A DNA stretch of 59,528 nt from a virus (Duplodnaviria; Caudoviricetes), in the IMG/VR virus record IMGVR_UViG_3300022822_000020, positions 1 through 59,528 of that record. One strand, given 5' to 3'. The notes under the pieces were generated by a model. That model saw only the letters and a list, made by a program, of their open reading frames with translations. It did not search any database and was not told the origin of the DNA. Position numbers and translations under genes: made by a program. Below are positions 1 through 7,331 of the stretch, one piece after another. Numbering within the stretch: the first letter of the stretch is position 1; each line of letters starts with the position of its first letter.

Positions 1-1
1 T

Positions 2-130
2 CTCGACCGCAAGATTGGCTCAACTATGTTTCAACTAGATCAATTGCGAGTAGGTAGGGATGCTTTTATGCAGCTTCTAAAGCAGGAGTTGGAAACACCT
101 ACAGCAAATATAGTTGAAAATGAACAGTGA
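2..130 (+). CDS. 3' end of a small phage protein (partial), ...LDRKIGSTMFQLDQLRVGRDAFMQLLKQELE...
   Basis: Frame 2 is open from the window edge to TGA at 128-130; not in the ORF track. Confidence 0.6.
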   Translation, partial: LDRKIGSTMFQLDQLRVGRDAFMQLLKQELETPTANIVENEQ

Positions 131-236
131 AGAACATGTAAACAATCAAATTCAAAAGCAAATTGATGAAAAAATTAACTCAATTACTGAATAACAAATG
201 CCTTGGGCAACAGTAGTTGAAACACTAGTTGAATAA
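120..236 (+). pseudogene. Possible relic gene fragment MNSEEHVNNQIQKQIDEKINSITE*QMPWATVVETLVE* with internal stop
   Basis: Protein-like reading continues through TAA at 192-194 to TAA at 234-236, just before the next SD (AAGGAA). Confidence 0.35.
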
Positions 237-248
237 AAGGAATATATA

Positions 249-398
249 ATGAAACAAGTAACACTAAGCACAGAACTCGTAAACGCAATGATGCAATATT
301 TAGCGGCAAAGCCGTATCAAGAAGTTTACCAATTGATTGATAGTATTCAAAAAGAAGCAGCTAAAAGCGCTGAACAAGAAGCTAAATTACCAGAGTAA
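249..398 (+). CDS. Small hypothetical phage protein, 49 aa (MKQVTLSTELVNAMMQYLAAKPYQEVYQLI...)
   Basis: SD AAGGAA upstream, ATG 249, TAA 396-398, followed by a terminator; below the ORF-track cutoff. Confidence 0.75.
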   Translation: MKQVTLSTELVNAMMQYLAAKPYQEVYQLIDSIQKEAAKSAEQEAKLPE

Positions 399-404
399 AA
401 CTTC

Positions 405-434
405 AAGGGTTATCCGAAAGGGTAGCCCTTTTTT
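405..434 (+). terminator. Intrinsic terminator ending the late/tail transcript
   Basis: AAGGGTTATCC-GAAA-GGGTAGCCCTT stem with GNRA loop, followed by a T tract. Confidence 0.85.
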
Positions 435-473
435 ATCAAAAATGTATCAAAAAAGTGAGAAAAATGACGTATC

Positions 474-479
474 TATAAT
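474..479 (+). promoter_or_regulatory. Possible -10 element (TATAAT) upstream of early genes
   Basis: Perfect TATAAT in the intergenic gap after the terminator, but no convincing -35 at 16-18 bp spacing. Confidence 0.3.
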
Positions 480-553
480 GAAGAATATATAAGGGTTAAA
501 ACCTAAGTATAAACTTCAAAACAACTTAATCAACCAAAAGGATTTGATTTACT

Positions 554-733
554 ATGAAACAAAAGAAACAAAGCTCTTTTATCATAGCGGTCTTGCTAGA
601 GTATGCCTTATATACTATGTGCTTTCTTTTATTAGAAGGTTCAAGTATAGAAAATGCTCTAAAAGCTGCTGCGGTACTTGTTGGTTTTACTCGTGTATTT
701 CTTCCCATAATCAGACTAGAGGCTAAAAAATGA
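554..733 (+). CDS. Small hydrophobic early protein, 59 aa (MKQKKQSSFIIAVLLEYALY...)
   Basis: SD AAGGA 538-542, ATG 554, stop overlaps next start (ATGA 730-733); preferred over track ORF 544..726. Confidence 0.65.
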   Translation: MKQKKQSSFIIAVLLEYALYTMCFLLLEGSSIENALKAAAVLVGFTRVFLPIIRLEAKK

Positions 734-936
734 TGTATTCAAAATTGATTGCAGATGAAGAGGGTGTAACTTGGTCTATAGAGCAATGGCTAGTAGACTT
801 AGTAAAGCTTACAAGGAATCCTGTAACAGAGCTTCAATTGTTTAATATTCTAGGTAACGATCTAGACTTATACAAAGAATTCTGTATGGGTGACGAGGGG
901 CCTTTCCACCAAGTTGGTTTTGTTAACGCACGATAG
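730..936 (+). CDS. Hypothetical early protein
   Basis: ORF track; ATGA coupling with the upstream gene. Confidence 0.65.
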   Translation: MMYSKLIADEEGVTWSIEQWLVDLVKLTRNPVTELQLFNILGNDLDLYKEFCMGDEGPFHQVGFVNAR

Positions 937-944
937 GATTTATC

Positions 945-1205
945 ATGAAAGAAAAAATAATTGAAATATGTAATCATATGCAAGATACTATTGTTGGTCT
1001 TCGAAAAGCGGTTCTTGAATCTAGTGCTACGGATGGTCCCAAGGCAGCAGAGTTTATTGAATTAGTTTTAAGAGATTCTTCATGGGACTTGTTTGCTGTG
1101 ATGTCTCATCAGAAAGGGCTATGCTCTGAGTTAACCTTAGACCTTGTGTCTACTTACTTAGAAATAGTTGATTATCGTGCTTCATTAAAGCTTTTGACAG
1201 TTTAA
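945..1205 (+). CDS. Hypothetical early protein
   Basis: ORF track; SD AGGA upstream. Confidence 0.7.
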   Translation: MKEKIIEICNHMQDTIVGLRKAVLESSATDGPKAAEFIELVLRDSSWDLFAVMSHQKGLCSELTLDLVSTYLEIVDYRASLKLLTV

Positions 1206-1240
1206 TTTTTTGTATTTGTATCAACCAAGAGGATTTGAAA

Positions 1241-1609
1241 ATGACTTTAGTAACTGCTTTCTCCGTAAACGACATTGTATTCATTCGTGATGATTTTAAA
1301 ACAACTCCCGCAGATGCTATGGGTTTCCGCGTTATCTGTAATACACCTGATCACTCAGGTACGATTCCTGTTCAACGATTAGATGATGATGAGTATGCAT
1401 GTTTGCCTGTAGAGGCATTAGAGACACGAGATCGCAAGATCAAAGGTCGATTCTGGAAACGGGTTGATGGTGCAACATTCTTTGCAGTTGAAGACCCTAT
1501 TAAAGCTGCTAACTATGGTTTCATAGGTCAAGGTCAAAGTACTAGTCCAAGAGCAATTCGTGGGTTTGACTACTTTATAACCGATACCGTTGAGATTAAC
1601 ATCCAGTAA
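1241..1609 (+). CDS. Hypothetical early protein
   Basis: Track ORF 1235..1609; SD GAGGA 1229-1233 favours ATG 1241. Confidence 0.7.
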   Translation: MTLVTAFSVNDIVFIRDDFKTTPADAMGFRVICNTPDHSGTIPVQRLDDDEYACLPVEALETRDRKIKGRFWKRVDGATFFAVEDPIKAANYGFIGQGQSTSPRAIRGFDYFITDTVEINIQ

Positions 1610-1640
1610 TTTATTTGTTCGATAACCAAGAGGATCTATC

Positions 1641-1805
1641 ATGAAAAAAGTGTTAGTTGTATTTGCTTTGTTTTTTGTTTTTAATGTGTATGCTTGCTCT
1701 GATGACGAATCAGAATTAAGCTATCAACTAAAAGAAAAAGTCATTACTCTTTATAGGCATTTGATTGTTGTTCAAGCTTCTTGGGCTTTATTTGCTAAAC
1801 AATAA
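1641..1805 (+). CDS. Small protein with signal-peptide-like N-terminus, 54 aa (MKKVLVVFALFFVFNVYACSDD...)
   Basis: SD GAGGA upstream, ATG 1641, TAA 1803-1805; not in the track. Confidence 0.65.
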   Translation: MKKVLVVFALFFVFNVYACSDDESELSYQLKEKVITLYRHLIVVQASWALFAKQ

Positions 1806-1818
1806 ACACTTGAGAACC

Positions 1819-1908
1819 CTCCCGGCCACGGGGAGGTTAATATCAGTGGCATTTTTTATCAAACTCCCTGCTACGGGGAGTATAATCTTCGTAGCATTTT
1901 TTATCAAA
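1819..1908 (+). repeat. Two tandem 45-nt structured repeats (37/45 identical)
   Basis: CTCCCGGCCACGGGGAGGTTAATATCAGTGGCATTTTTTATCAAA followed by CTCCCTGCTACGGGGAGTATAATCTTCGTAGCATTTTTTATCAAA. Confidence 0.9.
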
Positions 1909-1923
1909 TTTTATAGGAGAGCT

Positions 1924-2028
1924 ATGCCATTTTCAAAGTTACTATTGTTACTAGCAGGTTTATTATTAAGTCGTAAACTTGTTTTAAAGATTGAAGACTA
2001 TTTAGATTCCGAAAAGAAGTTAGGTTAA
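1924..2028 (+). CDS. Small hydrophobic peptide, 34 aa (MPFSKLLLLLAGLLLSRK...)
   Basis: SD AGGAG 1915-1919 before ATG 1924; 3' part of track ORF 1765..2028. Confidence 0.55.
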   Translation: MPFSKLLLLLAGLLLSRKLVLKIEDYLDSEKKLG

Positions 2029-2030
2029 AA

Positions 2031-4199
2031 ATGATTGTTATAGAAAAGCTGAAAGCTGACTTACTAAAAAGACAGCAGCTTTTAAGGGTAGATCGACATA
2101 TCCATACTGCCTTTTTAAAAGAAATAGATGCTGATGACTTGATTAGTATAGCGTATCCTTACATACTAAGAGGTCTTGAGAGAAAAGCAGCTATGGTAGA
2201 AATCATAGTACCTATTGGTAACGCTATACGGTTAAGGCAAAGTCTTAAAACAGATACGGTATCTGATGCTCAGGTAGGCTGGTTCATTGCTGTTTCTTTT
2301 ATTGAATGTAAGATTCTAGGTTACAGGCTAAAGCACTTGTATCGTAATGGTAAAAAGAATAAACACCAATCTTACTTTTTTACATTAAAAGACTGGAAAG
2401 CAATCAAAGAGCTATGGAATCAGATCTCTATTGAAAAGACTAACCTGTTTCCTACGAGAACAGTCCCTAGTGATTGGGAAGATCCTATCCATAAGACAGG
2501 TATACCTATAATTAAAAAGGGTCACCCGCAAGCACTTGCTAAGCTACAGAAGCACACTAACCCAATAAATTACGATGTCTTAAATAAACTTCAAAAAATT
2601 GGTTGGAAAATTAATACTGAAGTGTTTAGTGTTTATCAACAGTGTATGCGTATTGAAGAAGGTGAGAGTCCCTTTAAGTTCTCAAAAGAGATTGATGAGC
2701 AAAAGAAAAAATCATTATTAATTGAGGTTGATGCAATTGAACAGATAGCATTGTCTAACATTGGTTCTACCTTTTATCATATGTATAACTATGACTTTCG
2801 TGGTCGTATTTATACTAATACTGCGTTCTTGCATGAACAAAGTAGTGACAACGCAAAAGGCTTACTACTATTCAGTAGAGGCTACCCTCTGCTAGAGAAG
2901 GGTTATTACTGGTTAGCAGTGCATACTAGTAACTGTTATGGTAATGATAAGGTTAGCTTAGACGATAGGTATTTCTTTGTATGCGAGAACATGGGTTTAT
3001 TCCTATCGTATGCAACAGCCCCTATGCGTAATACAGATTGGATGAAGGCAGACAAACCATTTTCATTCTTAGCTTGCTGTTTTGAGTTACAGCATATCTT
3101 AGAGTTTGAAAGGGAGGGTAATAACATTGAGGATTACGTTTGTAGATTACCTATATACATTGATGGCTCTAATAATGGCGTACAACATCTTGTTGCAATG
3201 TCAAAGGACGAGACTATTGCCCACCTAGTTAATCTAGTCCCTTCTGAGCTACCCGGCGATGTCTACATGTATATCGCTAAATATGTTTGGGAAAAGCTAG
3301 CGGATAAGGCAAGTAAGCTTACACATCAAGAGAGAAATTCTTTTGAAGAAATTTATAACACAGCTATACAACTTCAAAAGGCTTACCAAGAATCTCCTGA
3401 AAAAAGCGAAGCTAAGGCATCTGCATACATGGCTGCTCAAGAATGGCGCAACAAAAATAGAGCTATCCGAGAAAAGCTTTACCCTGTATACTGGTTAAAT
3501 ATCGATAAAGCAAAAGATCAACGTAAAGTTGTTAAACGCAATGTTATGACGCTTGGTTACGGTGGCACAGCTTACGGTATGGGTCAACAAATCATTGAAG
3601 ACACCCGTGATATGTCAGAGTATCTACGTGATAAAGAACATCTCTGGGGTGCTTTACTCGGTAACCTAGTGTTTGAAACTTGTTACGAGAAGCTCGAAGG
3701 ACCTGCTAAGTTATTACGCCTGTTTCAAGATGTTGCTGCTAGAGCTAACGAAAGAAATGAATTTCTTGCATGGAAGTCTCCTGTAACTAACTTTCCAGTA
3801 ATACAAGGCTATAGGAAGCCAGTAGATAAAAGAACTAAATTAAGATACGGTAACGAGGAATTAAAAATTATTGTACAGGCTTGGGAAGAATCTACTATTG
3901 ATAAAGATTCTCAGAAGACAGGCGCAGCACCAAACATTGTGCATAGTCTTGACGCTGTACATCTTGCAATGGTGGTTAACGCTACACCCTATCCTGTTAC
4001 TGTTGTACACGATTCTTTTGGTTGTCACCCAACTAATATGGATCATTTGTTTAAGCTAGTAAGACAAGAGTTTGTTAATTTGTATGCACAATACCCGCTA
4101 CAAAACATACTCACTCAACTCGACTGCCTAGACTTACTACCCGAGCTAGGTAACTTAGATACAAGCTTGATACTTGAATCTGATTACGCATTTTGCTAA
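2031..4199 (+). CDS. T7-like single-subunit DNA-dependent RNA polymerase (RNAP-1), 722 aa
   Basis: DFRGRIY, motif A DGSNNGVQH, motif B RKVVKRNVMTLGYG, APNIVHSLD, motif C VHDSF, C-terminal SDYAFC. Confidence 0.97.
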   Translation: MIVIEKLKADLLKRQQLLRVDRHIHTAFLKEIDADDLISIAYPYILRGLERKAAMVEIIVPIGNAIRLRQSLKTDTVSDAQVGWFIAVSFIECKILGYRLKHLYRNGKKNKHQSYFFTLKDWKAIKELWNQISIEKTNLFPTRTVPSDWEDPIHKTGIPIIKKGHPQALAKLQKHTNPINYDVLNKLQKIGWKINTEVFSVYQQCMRIEEGESPFKFSKEIDEQKKKSLLIEVDAIEQIALSNIGSTFYHMYNYDFRGRIYTNTAFLHEQSSDNAKGLLLFSRGYPLLEKGYYWLAVHTSNCYGNDKVSLDDRYFFVCENMGLFLSYATAPMRNTDWMKADKPFSFLACCFELQHILEFEREGNNIEDYVCRLPIYIDGSNNGVQHLVAMSKDETIAHLVNLVPSELPGDVYMYIAKYVWEKLADKASKLTHQERNSFEEIYNTAIQLQKAYQESPEKSEAKASAYMAAQEWRNKNRAIREKLYPVYWLNIDKAKDQRKVVKRNVMTLGYGGTAYGMGQQIIEDTRDMSEYLRDKEHLWGALLGNLVFETCYEKLEGPAKLLRLFQDVAARANERNEFLAWKSPVTNFPVIQGYRKPVDKRTKLRYGNEELKIIVQAWEESTIDKDSQKTGAAPNIVHSLDAVHLAMVVNATPYPVTVVHDSFGCHPTNMDHLFKLVRQEFVNLYAQYPLQNILTQLDCLDLLPELGNLDTSLILESDYAFC

Positions 4200-4222
4200 T
4201 TTAATTGAAATCAACGAACTGT

Positions 4223-4241
4223 ACCAGGGGACGCTAAAGAA
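4223..4241 (+). promoter_or_regulatory. Phage RNAP promoter-like motif, copy 1
   Basis: ACCAGGGGACGCTAAAGAA, intergenic, right after the RNAP-1 gene. Confidence 0.8.
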
Positions 4242-4302
4242 CTACTGGTATAGATTCACCACAAGTACGTTTACTACAAACAACATCTAAAAGGAAAACA
4301 TC

Positions 4303-4863
4303 ATGGCTATTTTAAAGAACGTTGAACTACATTTTGCTAAATTAAATCCAAAGCGCCCTAACGCTACATTTAATACTGAAAACCCTTCATGGGAAGTTCA
4401 GATTCGCACAACTGATAAAAAAGTTGTTAAAGAGTGGAAAGCATTAAATATTAACGTTAATCCTGTTCGTGAAGACAAGGAAGACGAAGACTCAAAGATT
4501 ATCTACTACAAAGCGAGTCTAAAGAAAAGGTCAAAGAAATGGGAAGCTAACGCAGAAGGTAAAAAGGTTCTTGTTCCATCCGCACCTGTAAAAGTTGTTA
4601 GCGGTACACTAGAAGATATTAACCCTGATTCAATCGGAAACGGTTCTCTCGCTAATATTCGCTTATTTCAATACGAACAAACTATTGGAGAAGGTGCTGC
4701 TGAAAAACAAATTATTGTTTCGATGCTAATGGCTGTACAAGTTACAAAGCTAAATGAGTACATCCCCAAAGCACGAGAAGATGAATTTACCATGGAAGAA
4801 TTCTCAGTTAATAGTGTAGCAGAAGCTAATAAAGATGATTTAAATGATGACATTGAGTTTTAA
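4303..4863 (+). CDS. Single-stranded DNA-binding protein (T7 gp2.5-like)
   Basis: First gene of the replication module; acidic tail ending in Phe (DDLNDDIEF); strong SD. Confidence 0.7.
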   Translation: MAILKNVELHFAKLNPKRPNATFNTENPSWEVQIRTTDKKVVKEWKALNINVNPVREDKEDEDSKIIYYKASLKKRSKKWEANAEGKKVLVPSAPVKVVSGTLEDINPDSIGNGSLANIRLFQYEQTIGEGAAEKQIIVSMLMAVQVTKLNEYIPKAREDEFTMEEFSVNSVAEANKDDLNDDIEF

Positions 4864-4881
4864 TAAGTATAAGTAACTAAA

Positions 4882-4910
4882 AGGGAAATACTACGGTGTT
4901 TCCCTATTTT
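4882..4910 (+). terminator. Intrinsic terminator-like hairpin after SSB
   Basis: AGGGAAATAC-TACG-GTGTTTCCCT (UNCG loop), then ATTTT. Confidence 0.75.
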
Positions 4911-4931
4911 ATCAAATTGATGAGGTTTTAA

Positions 4932-5108
4932 ATGAAAAAAGTTATTAGTGTGCTAGCAATACTCTCCGTTTTTGGTCTAGCTCTCTTTGGCTGGATTAAC
5001 AACATTGTGCTATTGTTTAATATGGATGGCCCTGTGGTAGGTGAGACCATTCTTCGTGTTGTAGGTATCATTATAGCACCTATCGGTATTGCTTTAGGTT
5101 ATGTATAA
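4932..5108 (+). CDS. Small two-TM membrane protein, 58 aa
   Basis: SD GAGG, ATG 4932, TAATG overlap with next gene; MKKVISVLAILSVFGLALFGWINNIV...LRVVGIIIAPIGIALGYV. Confidence 0.75.
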   Translation: MKKVISVLAILSVFGLALFGWINNIVLLFNMDGPVVGETILRVVGIIIAPIGIALGYV

Positions 5109-5374
5109 TGGTTGACTTACAGTATAAAATTATTTTAAGAGAACCAGCTAACGCTCGATTTATTGAACAGATGGAAAATAAAGTTATTCTATCAGAAGCA
5201 GGTATTGAGTATCTTCATATTGTAGAAAACGATATGTTATTAATTATTGGAACAGATGAGTTAGGTATTACAGAACTTTGTTCATTTCTCGCTCAATATT
5301 TAGAGCCTATAACAAATATAGGTCTTGTAACACAAATAACCACATGGGAACCAGAATGGCATACAATACAATAG
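5108..5374 (+). CDS. Hypothetical protein
   Basis: ORF track; TAATG coupling. Confidence 0.65.
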   Translation: MVDLQYKIILREPANARFIEQMENKVILSEAGIEYLHIVENDMLLIIGTDELGITELCSFLAQYLEPITNIGLVTQITTWEPEWHTIQ

Positions 5375-5616
5375 TAGATCGTATTGCTGGGCTCAAGCCC
5401 TTACGTACTAATGCTGTTTATCAAGAAGCTTTCGAAGATGCTAAATATTCGGTATTAGGTCTAATTAAAAACTTTGGAATTAGCTCAGAAAAACAAGATT
5501 ACCTGTTACTTTGTGCACTAGCTGATCTTCAAGGTTCCGCTATGCCAAATAATCATAATTGGACATCACATAGTCAAACAATTAACGAGATCAAAGAATA
5601 TTTCAATGAAAAATAG
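5356..5616 (+). CDS. Hypothetical protein
   Basis: Track ORF 5278..5616; likely start ATG 5356 (MAYNTIV). Confidence 0.6.
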   Translation: MAYNTIVDRIAGLKPLRTNAVYQEAFEDAKYSVLGLIKNFGISSEKQDYLLLCALADLQGSAMPNNHNWTSHSQTINEIKEYFNEK

Positions 5617-6016
5617 AACAATATACCTTGCAGGTCCGATGGAACACGTATCTGTAGAAGAAGCTGTTGGCTGGCGAGTTACAGCTAAGTTTAAATTAGA
5701 AATGTCAGGTTGTAATGTACTTGATCCAACAAGGCGTATTCACAATTTTCAACAACGTTATATGAAACGCATCTTTGAATTAGATATGCGTGATATTCAG
5801 GAGTCGGATATTGTACTTGTTAATCTGGATAACCCTAGCTTACCTAAGCATGGAACAGCTATGGAGGTATTCTATGCTTCGTACGTTTTACGTAAACCTG
5901 TGGTAGCCTTTAAAGCGGACCCTACTGCTATTCATCCTTTCTTTGAATCCCTCGTAACCGAATGGCGTTCTACAGCTGATAAAGCCGTTGACACCTTAAT
6001 TGCTGAGTACTTATAA
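5606..6016 (+). CDS. Nucleoside 2-deoxyribosyltransferase-like (NDT/nucleotide hydrolase) protein
   Basis: IYLAGPM start, D..DIQESDIVLVN, GTAMEVFYA, KPVV motifs. Confidence 0.8.
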   Translation: MKNRTIYLAGPMEHVSVEEAVGWRVTAKFKLEMSGCNVLDPTRRIHNFQQRYMKRIFELDMRDIQESDIVLVNLDNPSLPKHGTAMEVFYASYVLRKPVVAFKADPTAIHPFFESLVTEWRSTADKAVDTLIAEYL

Positions 6017-6279
6017 TGCCTTATATTGCAGATCGTTTTAAATCATTTCTTGACACTAAGGCAGTAATGGAGGTCGGTGACCTTTGTACTACTCCCGGAG
6101 AACTTAATTATGTACTTACTACAATCGTAAAAGAATACTTTGCTCGTACCGATAAGTGCAACTATCAAGCTATTAATGATATTCTTGGAGCATTAGAGGG
6201 CGCCAAGTTAGAGTTCTATCGCCGAGTAGTTGCTGATTACGAGAACATTAAGATTAAAGAAAATGGAGATGTATACTAA
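6016..6279 (+). CDS. Conserved hypothetical phage protein
   Basis: PGELNY...NDILGALEGAKLEFYRR...ENGDVY; TAATG coupling. Confidence 0.75.
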   Translation: MPYIADRFKSFLDTKAVMEVGDLCTTPGELNYVLTTIVKEYFARTDKCNYQAINDILGALEGAKLEFYRRVVADYENIKIKENGDVY

Positions 6280-6968
6280 TGGAAAATATGTACGAAATAT
6301 TTGATGTTCAAGGTAAACTAAGAGATACTAGCGTTCGTTTACAAAGCGCATATAAGGCGTCTCTGGATATACCCTTTTCGGTTGTCCATGCTAGCTCTAC
6401 TAAAAGTGGTAAAAAATGGTTGTTTAGCGAAGAAGATTTTATGACATATGCGGATACAGATTTAGATGATTGGGAACGTATACAATTTAAAAAGTACATA
6501 GCTGAGCTAGATAAGGCTAATTCAAAAGAATTAGATTTACCAAAAGAAGAACTTACATCTAGCAAGGAATTCAGTAACTATACGGTGAAACTAAAACCAA
6601 AAACAACAGTAGATAATAACCCAAAGACTCAAGTAGCCTTAAGTAAGCCACGACTCAGTGATGTGCCTCCTGTTTCTTTGTTTGCATTAGGTGCTGCAAT
6701 GAGTGATGGTGCTGCTAAGTATGGTCGGTTTAATTGGCGCGATACTAGCGTAACAGCCTCTGTGTTTTATGATGCAATGATGCGACATTTAACTGATTGG
6801 TATAATGGTGAAGAACATGCCCATGACAGTAAAGTAAGTCACCTTGGTCATATTATGGCTAGCTGCGCTATCTTACTTGATAGTAAAGCAGAAGGCGTAT
6901 TTATTGATGATCGCAAACCAAGTGAACAGTTAAACGTTTCTCGTTCATCACATCTTTGGATAGATTAG
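6279..6968 (+). CDS. Protein with C-terminal dATP/dGTP diphosphohydrolase (DUF5664-like) domain
   Basis: NPK..KPRLSDVPP, GAAKYGRFNWR, YDAMMRHL..W..GE, SHLGH.MA motifs. Confidence 0.8.
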   Translation: MENMYEIFDVQGKLRDTSVRLQSAYKASLDIPFSVVHASSTKSGKKWLFSEEDFMTYADTDLDDWERIQFKKYIAELDKANSKELDLPKEELTSSKEFSNYTVKLKPKTTVDNNPKTQVALSKPRLSDVPPVSLFALGAAMSDGAAKYGRFNWRDTSVTASVFYDAMMRHLTDWYNGEEHAHDSKVSHLGHIMASCAILLDSKAEGVFIDDRKPSEQLNVSRSSHLWID

Positions 6969-7005
6969 ATTAATACACACATAGTAACACAATATAGGGT
7001 TTTAA

Positions 7006-7317
7006 ATGATGCAGTACGCAAATCACTCAGGCTACTCAGACGTAACTCCATTTGAAGTTATCCAAGTAGTTTCCGATAAAACTATTGAGATACGCGAAAT
7101 GAAGACAGAACGTGACAAAAGTGTTGAACTTAATTTCCATGTAGGTGGCTTTAGCGCACATTGCTCAAATCAACGTGAACAAAAATGGTTTATTGAGGGA
7201 GATGAAACTGCACCAGTGTTTCGTATTCGCCTTGGTAAAAAGGGCTGGAAAGATGCTCACGGTCGTTACTTTAGTCTTAGTGAAAAACCCATTAAGTTTT
7301 ATGACTATAACTTTTAG
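7006..7317 (+). CDS. Conserved hypothetical phage protein
   Basis: YSDVTPFEVI...KFYDYNF; ORF track. Confidence 0.7.
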   Translation: MMQYANHSGYSDVTPFEVIQVVSDKTIEIREMKTERDKSVELNFHVGGFSAHCSNQREQKWFIEGDETAPVFRIRLGKKGWKDAHGRYFSLSEKPIKFYDYNF

Positions 7318-7331
7318 GTAAAAAGTGCTTA

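Noticed and set aside
544-726. Track ORF 544..726 (TTG start)
   Set aside because: The alternative frame 554..733 has better SD spacing and ATGA coupling to the next gene.
1819-1908. CRISPR array or guanidine-II riboswitch interpretation of the tandem repeats
   Set aside because: No spacers or cas genes; ACGG is not a tetraloop here.
1765-1923. N-terminal extension with a LPATG..I.VAFFIK peptide repeat
   Set aside because: It overlaps gene 1641..1805, has no SD, and the repeat is better explained as RNA structure; the SD lies before ATG 1924.
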